Source of the DNA: Dictyostelium discoideum
Lineage: Eukaryota
Direction: 5' to 3'
DNA length: 64,000 bases
Assembly: GCA_000004695.1 (NCBI GenBank)
Contig: CM000154.2
Coordinates: 3,616,001-3,680,000, forward strand
Position 1 is the first letter of the stretch. Every line of letters begins with the position of its first letter. The notes beneath the pieces are model-generated. The model worked only from the letters and a program-made list of their open reading frames with translations, made no database searches and was not told the origin of the DNA. The position numbers were made by a program, and so were the translations under genes. Below, piece after piece: positions 52,781 through 64,000 of this stretch.

Positions 52781-54241
52781 TAAATAACTCAAATAATAAA
52801 AATGAATTCATTAAAAGTAAGTTAGACTCAAATTAATAAGTCTAATAAAACAAAAAATACTAATTCTTTGTTTATAGTATTGAATCACAATTTTTATATA
52901 TATTCAGAGAGTGATGAATCATCCTTTTTGACTGATGATTTTGAAAGTTTAGCATTCAAAGACAATTGTAACATTTTATCAAAACTAAAGAAATTACCAA
53001 ACAACGTTTTGCTTCTAAGTGGATTCAATCAAAAATTAACCAAAGGTATAATACCAGAAGGTGTTAAAGAGTTGTATATAAGAGATATAAAACAAGATTT
53101 AATAATTGATTCAATTCCTAATACTGTAACAACTGTTATTTTATGTGATGGATTCAATCAAAAATTAACCAAAGGTATAATACCAGAAGGTGTTAAAGTG
53201 TTGTATATAGGTGATATAAAACAAGAATTAATAATTGATTCAATTCCTAATACTGTAACAACTGTTACTTTATGTAATGGATTCAATCAAAAATTAACCA
53301 AAGGTATAATACCAGAAGGTGTTAAAGAGTTGTATATAAGAGATATAAAACAAGATTTAATAATTGATTCAATTCCTAATACTGTAACATCTGTTAGTTT
53401 ATGTTATGGATTCAATCAAAAATTAACCAAAGGTATAATACCAGAAGGGGTTAAAGTGTTGCGTTTGGGTGATACAAAAAAAGAATTAATAATCGATTCA
53501 ATTCCTTATACTGTAAAAACTCTTACTTTGTGTGATGGATTCAATCAAAAATTAACCAAAGGTATAATACCAGAAGGTGTTAAAGAGTTGTATATAAGAG
53601 ATATAAAACAAGAATTATTAATTGATTCAATTCCTAATACTGTAACAACTGTTATTTTATGTGATGTATTCAATCAAAAATTAACCAAAGGTATAATACC
53701 AGAAGGTGTTAAAGAGTTGCGTTTGGGTAATACAAAACAAGAATCAATAATTGATTCAATTCCTAATACTGTAACAACTATTACTTTATGTGATGGATTC
53801 AATCAAAAATTAACCAAAGGTATAATACCAGAAGGTGTTAAAGAGTTACATATAGGTAATATAAAACAAGAACTAATAATTAATTCAATTCCTAATACTG
53901 TAACAACTGTTACTTTTTTTCAAGGATTCAATCAAAAATTAACCAAAGGTATAATACCAGAAGGGGTTAAAGTGTTGCGTTTGGGTAATACAAAACAAGA
54001 ATTAATAATCGATTCAATTCCTAATACTGTAACAACTGTTATTTTATGTGATGGATTCAATCAAAAATTAACCAAAGGTATAATACCAGAATGGGTTAAA
54101 GAGTTACATATATTTGATATAAAACAAGAATTAATTATTGATTCAATTCCTAATACATTAAATAATGTCTATATTTATAAAAGTTGTAAAAAATTAATTG
54201 ATTCTTTCGTCCCTGTAAATGTCAAAATAGTAAACATTTAA
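51946..54241 (+). CDS. B-box zinc-finger / coiled-coil / FNIP-repeat protein (paralog D, intact); 2 exons, 744 aa
   Basis: join(51946..52816, 52878..54241). Donor AAAA|GTAAGT at 52817, acceptor tttatag|TATTGAATCAC at 52877 (phase 1), a 61-bp intron. 871+1364 = 2235 nt = 745 codons. About 97% identical to paralog A. Eleven FNIP repeats. Confidence 0.85.
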
Positions 54242-54922
54242 AATAAAAATCCTTGTGATGACATTTTTGACTAAATTTTAACACCTCCATAATTATTTTA
54301 TTCTATTTTATAATATTTTATTTTATTTATTTTTTTTTTTTTTTCTTCTAATATTGATATTAGAGGTAGTAAATGACTATTTTAATTTTATACAGCCGCC
54401 ATCACTCAGTTTAAATTTGAGATTTTACTGCTGATTTGTAATTCCATCTTCCCACCATTTTTTTTTGCCAAGTAAGTAAATTTTCATTATTTGATTGTAA
54501 ACTAATTATTAACTACCAATTAAAATTCGTTAAACAAAAATAAAAGATTTTTTTTTTTATTTTTTTATTTTTTTTTTTTTCTAATTGATATTCTCTTTTT
54601 TTATTATATGTTAACTTTAATTTATATAAAAAAAAAAATATAAAAAAATTTAGGTGAAAAAATAATATGGCTTTTTTAGCACAACAATGAACATAAATTT
54701 AGTTAGTAAAAATCCTGACAGATTAATATTGCCATTATGTTAAGGTATGATATTATATGACAATTAAATAAAAATAGCTTTAATATTAATTAATTTCTTT
54801 TTTAAAAATTTAATAGACGTCAATTGATTTTCAAGACCAGAGAAATCCAATGTAAAAATTGTTAGCTCTTAAGATGATTCCAATCGAAAATAATTCCATA
54901 AAGCGTTAATCAAGTTAAATAA

Positions 54923-54986
<64 letters not shown>

Positions 54987-55164
54987 TGAGCCATATTAAT
55001 TTCATCATGCATATACCACCTGTTTTTGGGATGAAATTAATATGGCTCAGAATCGTGAAAAAAAAAAAATTCAATAATCATCAAATATAAAATCAAGGAA
55101 TTAATAATAATAAAAAATTCATGAGATTAATAAGAATAATAATAATAAATAAAATTGATGTAAC

Positions 55165-55227
<63 letters not shown>

Positions 55228-55707
55228 TTTTATTTTTAAGTTGTAAAATTTATAATATATTATATTATATTATATAATTGAATATAAATTAAACCCTCTT
55301 TTGAAAGATTGTGGAAAAAAAAAAAAAATTTTAAGATTATTTCATTTAGTTATCCCTTTTTCCCACCAAAAAACCCTCACATAATTTTTTTTATTTAATT
55401 TGGGTTGTATTATTTAAAAAAAAAAAAAAATTATTTAAAATAAAAAAAAAAATTATTTAAAATAAAAAAAAAAATTGTAAATTAAAAAATATGAAAAAAA
55501 AAAAATAAAAAAAAAACAATTATTTTTACCCCATTTTTTTTTAAGATATTTTGATTTTTTGATTTTTTTTCAATTAGATATTTTTTTTTTAATTTTCATT
55601 TTTTTATAATTTTTTTTTAAAATTTTAAAAATAATAATATTAACAAACTAAAATAGTATTAATAAAGGTTATACATTGTAATAAAAAAATAAAATAAAAA
55701 AATTAAA

Positions 55708-57351
55708 ATGACCATAATAATAACTAAAATAGCAGATAAAATTATTAAATCAAATCGTGTAAAAAATACCTTACAAGATATACATATTCATTCATCGAAC
55801 TGTGGCTGTCATGGATCATTTAAATCAAATTCAGTAATGAATCAAACTTTTTCATCATTTTCATCATTAACAACTGAAAAGAATGAACAACAACAACAAC
55901 AACTTTTTAAACAATTTTCAAATTCTAAACCAATTCCAATGGGTAGAAAAGTTGAATTAGATACAAGTAAAGTTATAGATAGTGTTTATTTTGGTAATAC
56001 AGAAAATAATAATTATAGAACAAATAAAGGAAATACAGATTATGCATTTGAAGCAAGTGCAAATAACATAAGATTTGGTTCAGGTGTAACATATGAAGTT
56101 GGATATGACCTTTTGGATATGAATTGTAGAAATGTAATTGTTTTCACTGATAATAATTTATTGAAGTTGGTAGATACTGATAAAGAAAGTGCAGTTGCAA
56201 AATGTTTATACTCTTTAGAAAAATGTGGAATAAAATATACTATATACAGTGACGTTTCAATTGAACCAACCGATACATCATTTAAAGATGCAATTTCAGT
56301 AATGGGTAAAGGTAGATACGATGGTGTTGTTGCTGTTGGTGGTGGATCAGTAATGGATACTGCCAAAGCTGCAAATCTTTATAATAGTTATCCACCTGCT
56401 GATAATGATTTTTTAGCATACATTAATCCACCAATTGGAAAAGGCTTACTTGTTCCAGGTCCATTAAAAAGACCATTGATTGCTATTCCCACCACATGTG
56501 GTACTGCTTCTGAAACAACCGGTGTTTGTATATTGGATATTAAATTGGGTGATGGTTTATCTGCAAAAACTGGTATTGCAAGTCGTCATTTAAAACCAAT
56601 ATTGGGTTTAGTAGATCCTGATAACTTGTTAACATTGCCATCCAATGTTGCAATTTCATCTGGTTTCGATCAATTGTGTCATGCATTAGAATCGTTTACT
56701 GCAATTCCATTCAATCAAAGATCACCACGTCCTCTTGCTCCAAATCAAAGACCATCGTATCAAGGCGCAAATCCAGTTTCTGATGTATGGTCATTAAGAT
56801 CTTTGGAAATGCTTTGTAAGAATATTCATAGATTTGTATTGAATCCAAATGATGACTATGCTCGTTCTCAAATGATGTTGGCTGCTTCATATGCCGGACT
56901 TGGCTTTGGAAATTCAGGAGTTCATGCTTGCCATGGTATGAGTTATAGTATAAGTTCAATGGTTAAAGATTATAAACCTGAAGGTTATTATGGTTTAAAA
57001 AAAAATTTAATCCCTCATGGACAATCTGTTATTCTTTCAGCACCTGCAGTCTTTAAATTTACAGCTCCTTCTAATCCTGAACGTCATTTACTATTAGCAA
57101 AGATAATGGGTGCTGATATCTCAAATGCTTCTGAATCGGATGCAGGTGTATTATTATCCAATCAAATAGTAAAACTCATGAAGTTATTAAACGTCCCAAA
57201 TGGTTTACAAGCATTGGGTTATAAAGAATCTGACATTGATAGTCTTGTAAAAGGAACACTTCCTCAACATAGAGTTACAAAATTAATGCCAAAGCAAGCT
57301 ACATATGATGATCTTTATAAATTATTTAAAGATTCTATGACAATTTATTAA
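55708..57351 (+). CDS. Iron-containing alcohol dehydrogenase family protein, hydroxyacid-oxoacid transhydrogenase (ADHFE1)-like, with N-terminal extension
   Basis: 547-aa ORF. Fe-ADH signatures: VVAVGGGSVMDTAKAANLY (GGGS-x2-D-x2-K), IAIPTTCGTASETT, ...GFDQLCHALESFTA...SGVHACHGMSYSISS. Long loop insertions and overall colinearity resemble ADHFE1 more than bacterial FucO/DhaT. The first ~80 aa are non-homologous and could be a mitochondrial presequence or an unrecognised upstream exon. Confidence 0.8.
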   Translation: MTIIITKIADKIIKSNRVKNTLQDIHIHSSNCGCHGSFKSNSVMNQTFSSFSSLTTEKNEQQQQQLFKQFSNSKPIPMGRKVELDTSKVIDSVYFGNTENNNYRTNKGNTDYAFEASANNIRFGSGVTYEVGYDLLDMNCRNVIVFTDNNLLKLVDTDKESAVAKCLYSLEKCGIKYTIYSDVSIEPTDTSFKDAISVMGKGRYDGVVAVGGGSVMDTAKAANLYNSYPPADNDFLAYINPPIGKGLLVPGPLKRPLIAIPTTCGTASETTGVCILDIKLGDGLSAKTGIASRHLKPILGLVDPDNLLTLPSNVAISSGFDQLCHALESFTAIPFNQRSPRPLAPNQRPSYQGANPVSDVWSLRSLEMLCKNIHRFVLNPNDDYARSQMMLAASYAGLGFGNSGVHACHGMSYSISSMVKDYKPEGYYGLKKNLIPHGQSVILSAPAVFKFTAPSNPERHLLLAKIMGADISNASESDAGVLLSNQIVKLMKLLNVPNGLQALGYKESDIDSLVKGTLPQHRVTKLMPKQATYDDLYKLFKDSMTIY

Positions 57352-58895
57352 AAAAATAAAAACTATTTTAAAAGATCAATCTTTCTATTATTAAAACAAC
57401 AATAAAAATATATAATTTATTTCTATTTTTGGGTTTATAATTTGTTTTTTTTTTTTTTTTAAAAATTGTTTTATAAAATAACAATTATTATTTTTTATTG
57501 TTTTTTGTATTTCACCAAAATTATTTTATTTAATCAATTTCTTATATAAATACAAATATGCTGACGGAATGTTTGCAGATGGTTTGTTTATATCCAACTG
57601 ATGGGACACCACCAACTATAATAGTTTGATATTGATTTTCGTTTCTGAATACCTGGAATTGTAAATAATATTCTTGCTTTTGCTACCTTCCTTTTGGTAT
57701 CAAACATGAATCGGGTTGAACTAAACCATTGTCAAGATTAGCAAATTAAAATTATTATTCCATATAGTCGTCATTAAATATTATTTTTTTTTATTATTTT
57801 TTTTTTTTATTAATTTTTTTTTTTTAATATTTTATAAAGTGAAATTAACTAATTAAATTAATTATTTGAAATTAAAAAAAAAAAAAAAAATTTTGCTTTT
57901 TTTTTTTTAACCAATGGCACATTTACCTACCATTAATATTTGTACCAATATGATAAACCTGCTATTGATTTGCTAAAAAGCAATTGTATACGTTTATTAA
58001 TATTATTATTGTTGGTTGTTATTGATTATTTCTATTATTATTATTTTTTTTTTACAACAATATTATTACTATTATTATTATTTTTTTTTTTTTTTTTTCT
58101 TTTTTTTTTCAAAAAATTAATGCACTCATTTAAATAACTCATAAACTAATCTATATAAAACTTTTAATTTGTATTAGTATGGTTTCCTTATTTAATATTT
58201 ATTAGGTTCAAGCCTCCTTTTAAAAATGGGCATTCTTGGTTCCAAATATTTTTATATTGGGCACCAAAAATATTAATATAGTTTTTTACTAGTGTTTGTG
58301 TTTTTTGGTAGAATGGGTGCACATACCTCAAAAACAATTGTAGGATACATTGTTGTGTTTTCAAAAAAACATTTATGTGAGTAAAACATCAAACATCAAC
58401 TTCACTTTCACCATACTTCTTTTTTTTCTTTCACTTTCCATCTTCTATCTTTAATGCATCATTACTGCTAAAATATTATATATAATATACAATTAAAATC
58501 TGATTGGTCTTTATTATAGAAATGGTAGTGAAAATAAAAAAATAAAAAATAAAAAAAAGATAAAAAATCTTTCCAACACAAATTTTTTTTTTTTTTTGGT
58601 CGCTCCCATATAAATTCCAAAACACCTTTTTTTTAACACCTAAATTTTTATTATTCACAAATTTTAAATAGTTTGTCATTATTTTTACCATTAAAAAATC
58701 AATTAAAGTTTTTTTATTTTTATTTTTGTTATTGAGGTAATATCTTTAAAATTCATATCTACATTTATTTTGAATCGTAATAATATTTTGTGGCGATTAA
58801 AATGGAATTAAAAAAAGAAAAAAAATTAAAAAAAAAGAAAAAAATAAAAAAATAAAAAATTCTTATATCTAGATATTTTTTTTAATTTTTTTTTT

Positions 58896-58930
<35 letters not shown>

Positions 58931-59018
58931 TATTTTTTTAAAATATATCACAATTTTATTTTTAATTTTTTTTTTTTTTTTTTTTTTTTATTTTCCAAAT
59001 CAAAACACAACAAAAAAA

Positions 59019-59027
59019 ATGATGGAA

Positions 59028-59075
<48 letters not shown>

Positions 59076-59795
59076 TGTTCACTTCATCCAAATAAAAAAT
59101 TAAAATATTTATGTTTGGGTTGTAAATTAATTCCATGTTGTATTATATGTACATCAAGTAAAGGTGAACATCATGGTCATAAAACTGAACCATTAGAATT
59201 TGTAACAACATCAAATATTATTTCATTAGTTAATGATTTTAAAGATAATATATATCAAAAAGTAATTGAAAGAATAGATAGCAATCAAACTATATTAAAT
59301 GAATCAACTGATAAATTCAATGAAATTCAATCACAATTTCATATTAATAATGATTCATTAAATAAAGAATTTAAAAAAATTCATGATATCATTTCAATCA
59401 TAGAATTAGATATTAAAAAACAATTAATTACAACCTATGAAAATAATACATTAATAAATACAGAATTAACTTCTTCAATAAATCATGATAATCAAATACT
59501 ATCAGAAATAATAAATAATAATGAAAATGATAATAATAACAATTATAGCACAACCATTGAAAAATTAAATCAAATTATTCAAAATAACAATCAACAACTT
59601 TATGATAATGATTTTAATAATGATGCAGATTTAATTAAAATAATTAAACAATATCAACAATCATTAATAATTTTAAATAATAATAATGATATCAATAATT
59701 CAAATAAATTAAAAGAATACAACAATCAATCAATTAATTATAATCAACGAATAATTGGAGAAATTAAAGATAAATCAAAATTAATTTACACATTA

Positions 59796-59865
<70 letters not shown>

Positions 59866-61951
59866 TTTTTATTAATAATAAAAGATATGAAATAAGAATG
59901 AATGAAAAAAATAATGAATTTTTTAAATGTAAGCTTTATTTATTAATTTATTGTTTTTGTAAATGATATTCACATTATTCTGACTGTGGGACCCAAATTT
60001 AGACGATGATTTTGGAAAGTTTTATATTTATACAGATAAGGAATCTTTTAAATTTAAAAATAAACTTGGTGTGGCATTTAAAGATGATTGTAATATTTTA
60101 TCAAAATTAGAACAAAACCAACTACCATCAAGTGTAATGTTATTAGATGGATTCAACCAGAAATTAATACAAAATATATTACCAGAAGGTATTTTATCCT
60201 TGTATTTAGGTGATATAAAACAAGAATTAATTATTGACTCAATTCCTAATACTGTAACAACTGTTGTTTTATGTAATGGTTTCAATCAAAAATTAACCAA
60301 AGGTATAATACCAGAAAGTGTTAAAGAGTTGTATATAGGTAATTTAAAACAAGAATTAATTATTGATTCAATTCCTAATACTGTAACAACTGTTGGTTTA
60401 TGTGATGGATTCAATCAAAAATTAACCAAAGGTATAATACCAGAAAGTGTTAAAGAGTTACGTTTAGCTGATATAAAACAAGAATTAATAATTAATTCAA
60501 TTCCTAATACTGTAACAACCGTTGGTTTATGTGATGGTTTCAATCAAAAATTAACCAAAGGTATAATACCAGAAGGTGTTAAAGTGTTACGTTTAGGTGA
60601 TATAAAACAAGAATTAATAATTGATTCAATTCCTAATACTGTAACAACTGTTGTTTTATGTAATGGATTCAATCAAAAATTAACCAAAGGTATAATACCA
60701 GAAGGTGTTAAAGAGTTGCATATATGTGATATAAAACAAGAATTAATTATTGATTCAATTCCTAATACTGTAACAACTGTTGTTTTATATGATGGATTCA
60801 ATCAAAAATTAACCAAAGGTATAATACCAGAAGGTGTTAAAGTGTTGCATATATGTGATATAAAACAAGAATTAATTATTGATTCAATTCCTAATACTGT
60901 AACAACTGTTATTTTATGTGATGGATTCAATCAAAAATTAACCAAAGGTATTATACCTGAAGGTGTTAAAGAGTTGTATATATGTGATATAAAACAAGAA
61001 TTAATAATTGATTCAATTCCTAATACTGTAACAACCGTTGGTTTAAGTGATGGATTCAATCAAAAATTAACCAAAGGTATAATACCAGAAGGTGTTAAAG
61101 AGTTACTTTTAAGTGATATAAAACAAGAATTAATTATTGATTCAATTCCTAATACTGTAACAACTGTTGGTTTATATGATGGATTCAATCAAAAATTAAC
61201 CAAAGGTATAATACCAGAAGGTGTTAAAGAGTTAGAGTTAGGTGATATAAAACAAGAATTAATTATTGATTCAATTCCTAATACTGTAACAACTGTTACT
61301 TTATGTAATGGATTCAATCAAAAATTAACCAAAGGTATTATACCTGAAGGTGTTAAAGAGTTGCATATATTTGATATAAAACAAGAATTAATTATTGATT
61401 CAATTCCTAATACTGTAACAACTGTTTTTTTATGTGATGGATTCAATCAAAAATTAACCAAAGGTATAATACCAGAAAGTGTTAAAGAGTTACGTTTAGG
61501 TGATATAAAACAAGAATTAATAATTGGTTCAATTCCTAATACTGTAACAGCTGTTGGTTTATATGATGGATTCAATCAAAAGTTAACCAAAGGTATAATA
61601 CCTGAAGGTGTTAAAGAGTTACGTTTAGGTAAAATAAAACAAGAATTAACAATTGATTCAATCCCTAATACTGTAACAACTGTTGGTTTATTAGATGGAT
61701 TCAATCAAAAATTAACCAAAAGCATAATACCAGAAGGTGTTAAAGAGTTGTATATAGGTGATATAAAACAAGAATTAATAATTGGTTCAATTCCTAATAC
61801 TGTAACAACTGTTGGTTTATATGATGGATTCAATCAAAAATTAACCAAAGGTATAATACCAGAAAGTGTTAAATTATTACGTTTAGGTGATATAAAACAA
61901 GAATTAATAATTGGTTCAATTCCTAATACTGTAACAACTGTTACTTTTTAA
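59019..61951 (+). CDS. B-box zinc-finger / coiled-coil / FNIP-repeat protein (paralog E, divergent, intact); 2 exons, 952 aa
   Basis: join(59019..59928, 60003..61951). Donor AAAT|GTAAGC at 59929, acceptor aaatttag|ACGATGATTTTGG at 60002 (phase 1). 910+1949 = 2859 nt = 953 codons. N-terminus MMENNNN...[44 protein letters not shown]. Post-splice ...YDDFGKFYIYTDKESFKFKNKLGVAFKDDCNILSKL conserves the FYIY block. About 16 FNIP repeats. Confidence 0.8.
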
Positions 61952-62394
61952 AATTCCAATATATTTTTGTTCAAAGGATAGTACTTGTTCATATAATAAA
62001 TGAAATATCACCTTAAATGAAAAAAAAAAAAAAAAAAAAAATCCATTACGTAGGTAATGATGCCTAATTCCAAAAAAAAAAAACACTCAAATTAATTTTT
62101 GATTTTAAAATGTTCATAAAGACAAAAGATTTTTGTGTAAATTTTTAAAATAATATTATTTTTCCAAAAATACATATTCTTTTTTACAATAATATGTTTT
62201 TTTTTTTTAAGGAAAAAAACAAAAATACCTATACTTTTAAAATGAAATACGTATTTTTTAAAATTTTCTGGAAATTTCTAAATTTGAATGTAAAAAAAAA
62301 ATATTTTTAAAAAAAAATATCTATTTTTAGACAAAAATATGTTCCATTAAAAACTACTGATTTTTTAAAATTAAATAAAAAAAAAAAATAAAAA

Positions 62395-62452
62395 AATTAA
62401 ATTAAATTAAATTAAATTAAATTAAATTAAATTAAATTAAATAATTTAGTAA
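62395..62452. repeat. (AAATT)n pentanucleotide microsatellite
   Basis: attaaattaaattaaatt... about 11 units in line 62401. Confidence 0.9.
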
Positions 62453-63130
62453 AATTACACCAAGTCCTAAATTAAACAAAATGTAAAAAAAAAAAAAAAT
62501 TATAAACAGAAAAAAAAAATAAAAAATGTAAAAAATAAAATGAATTAATTAATAACATTATTTATTTTTTATTTTTTTTTGTGTTAGACTCTCTTATATT
62601 GGAAACAATATCTTCCAATTTATGAGATATGTTGGAATTTTTTATTTTTTATTATTTTATAATTTTTTTTTCTAGATATATCTTTACCTAATTTTGTAAG
62701 CTCCAACCGTGTGTATGTGGAAAACTTTTTTTTTAAAAATTAATCATTTTAAAATAATTTCAACATACCGAGGAAATTTGGATCATTTAAACAAAATCGT
62801 TTTAATACTCTGTATGTTAGCTGATCTTCAAGAAACATAAAATGATGGTTTTGGCATTGAATTCGACAAAGATAAACTTAAAGAAATAAAAGAAAAAGAA
62901 CAGTGTTTGTTGTTAAATAAAATAACTAAAATATAATAAAAAAGGGATGAATAAAAAATAAAAAAATTAAAATCTGGGATAACAAAAAAAATTAAAAAAA
63001 AAATAAAAAAAAATAAAAAAAAAATAAAAAAATAAAAATATTTACAAAAACTTTTCATTTTTTCATAAAATTTATTGTATTTTTAATTTTTTTTTTTTTT
63101 ATTTTCCAAATCAAAACACAACAAAAAAAA

Positions 63131-63139
63131 ATGATGAAA

Positions 63140-63185
<46 letters not shown>

Positions 63186-64000
63186 GTAATAATAATAATA
63201 ATAATAGTACAACCATTGAAAAATTAAATCAAATTATTCAAAATAACAATCAACAACTTTATGATAATGATTTTCATATTGATACAGATACAATTAAAAT
63301 AATTAAACAATATCAACAATCATTAATAATTTTAAATAATAATAATGATATCAATAATTCAAATAAATTAAAAGAATACAACAATCAATTAATTATAATC
63401 AACGAATAATTGGAGAAATTAAAGATAAATTAAAATTAATTTACACATTAAATAATAATAAAAATAATTATATTTCTATTAATAATAAAAGATATAAAAT
63501 ACAAATGGACTAAAAAAATAATGAGTTTTTTATATGTAAGTTTTATTTATTAATTTTTTGCTTTTGTAAATGATATTTACATTATTCTGACTTTGGGGAC
63601 CAAAATTTAGATGATTATTTTCAAGAGGTTTATATTTATACAGATAAGGAATATTTTAATTTTAGAAATAAATTTTATTGCATTTAAAGATGATTGTAAT
63701 ATTTTATCAAAATTAGAACAAAACCAACTACCATCAAGTGTAATGTTAGTAGATGGATTCAACAAGAAATTAATACAAAATATATTACCAGAAGGTATTT
63801 TATCCTTGTATTTAGGTGATATAAAACAAGAATTAACTATTGGTTCAATTCCTAATACTGTAACAACTGTTAATTTTTTACATGGATTCGATCAAAAATT
63901 AACCAAAGGTATAATACCAGAAAGTGTTAAAGTGTTACGTTTAGGTAATATAAAACAAGAATTAATTTTTGATTCAATTCCTAATACTGTAAAAACTGTT
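63131..64000 (+). pseudogene. B-box/FNIP family partial or decayed paralog F (tandem copy of E lacking the B-box region; continues past window end)
   Basis: 63131..63409: MMKNNNN...[67 protein letters not shown]. Compared with E, the whole Cys/His B-box and first helical block are missing. The poly-Asn joins directly to ...STTIEKLNQ, and a frameshift follows YNNQ. The FNIP exon (from ~63690: AFKDDCNILSKLEQNQLPSSVMLVDGFNKKLIQNILPEG...) stays open to position 64000. The upstream context (attttccaaatcaaaacacaacaaaaaaaaatgatg) duplicates that of E. Confidence 0.6.

Overview
AT-rich (~78% A+T) nuclear genomic DNA. Homopolymer- and Asn/Gln-codon-rich coding, short GT..AG introns and FNIP-repeat genes indicate a dictyostelid social amoeba, most likely Dictyostelium discoideum. 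It is not prokaryotic, so there are no CRISPR or operon-type systems. I traced about 22 protein-coding genes by hand from the ORF track plus splice-site inspection. These are a PP2C phosphatase, a small two-EF-hand myosin-light-chain-like protein, a trimodular GT2-GT4-GT61 glycosyltransferase, a sortilin/Vps10-type receptor, a hotdog-fold thioesterase, an SPX-ankyrin-CBM20-GDPD phosphodiesterase, ESCRT-III CHMP2/Vps2, malonyl-CoA decarboxylase, PITP, ribosomal protein L22e, a ZNF207/BuGZ-like zinc-finger protein, Elp3, a multi-pass membrane protein and an ADHFE1-type Fe-alcohol dehydrogenase. Two near-identical tRNA-Val(UAC) gene copies lie about 1.4 kb apart. The main structure is a large inverted segmental duplication (arms ~26.1-30.8 kb and ~48.65-54.8 kb) carrying paralogous B-box zinc-finger/FNIP-repeat genes. 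One copy per arm is intact and one is a pseudogene, and two more paralogs (one decayed) follow at 59-64 kb. The right-arm pseudogene carries a 1.18-kb insertion flanked by a 15-bp target-site duplication. The insertion encodes the C-terminal tail of a non-LTR retrotransposon ORF with a CCHC motif followed by a PD-(D/E)xK (R2-type restriction-like endonuclease) signature. A 100-N assembly gap interrupts the ZNF207-like gene and is abutted by an inverted copy of the elp3 5' end, so that join is probably a misassembly. All functional calls rest on my own translation and motif recognition. No database search was possible.
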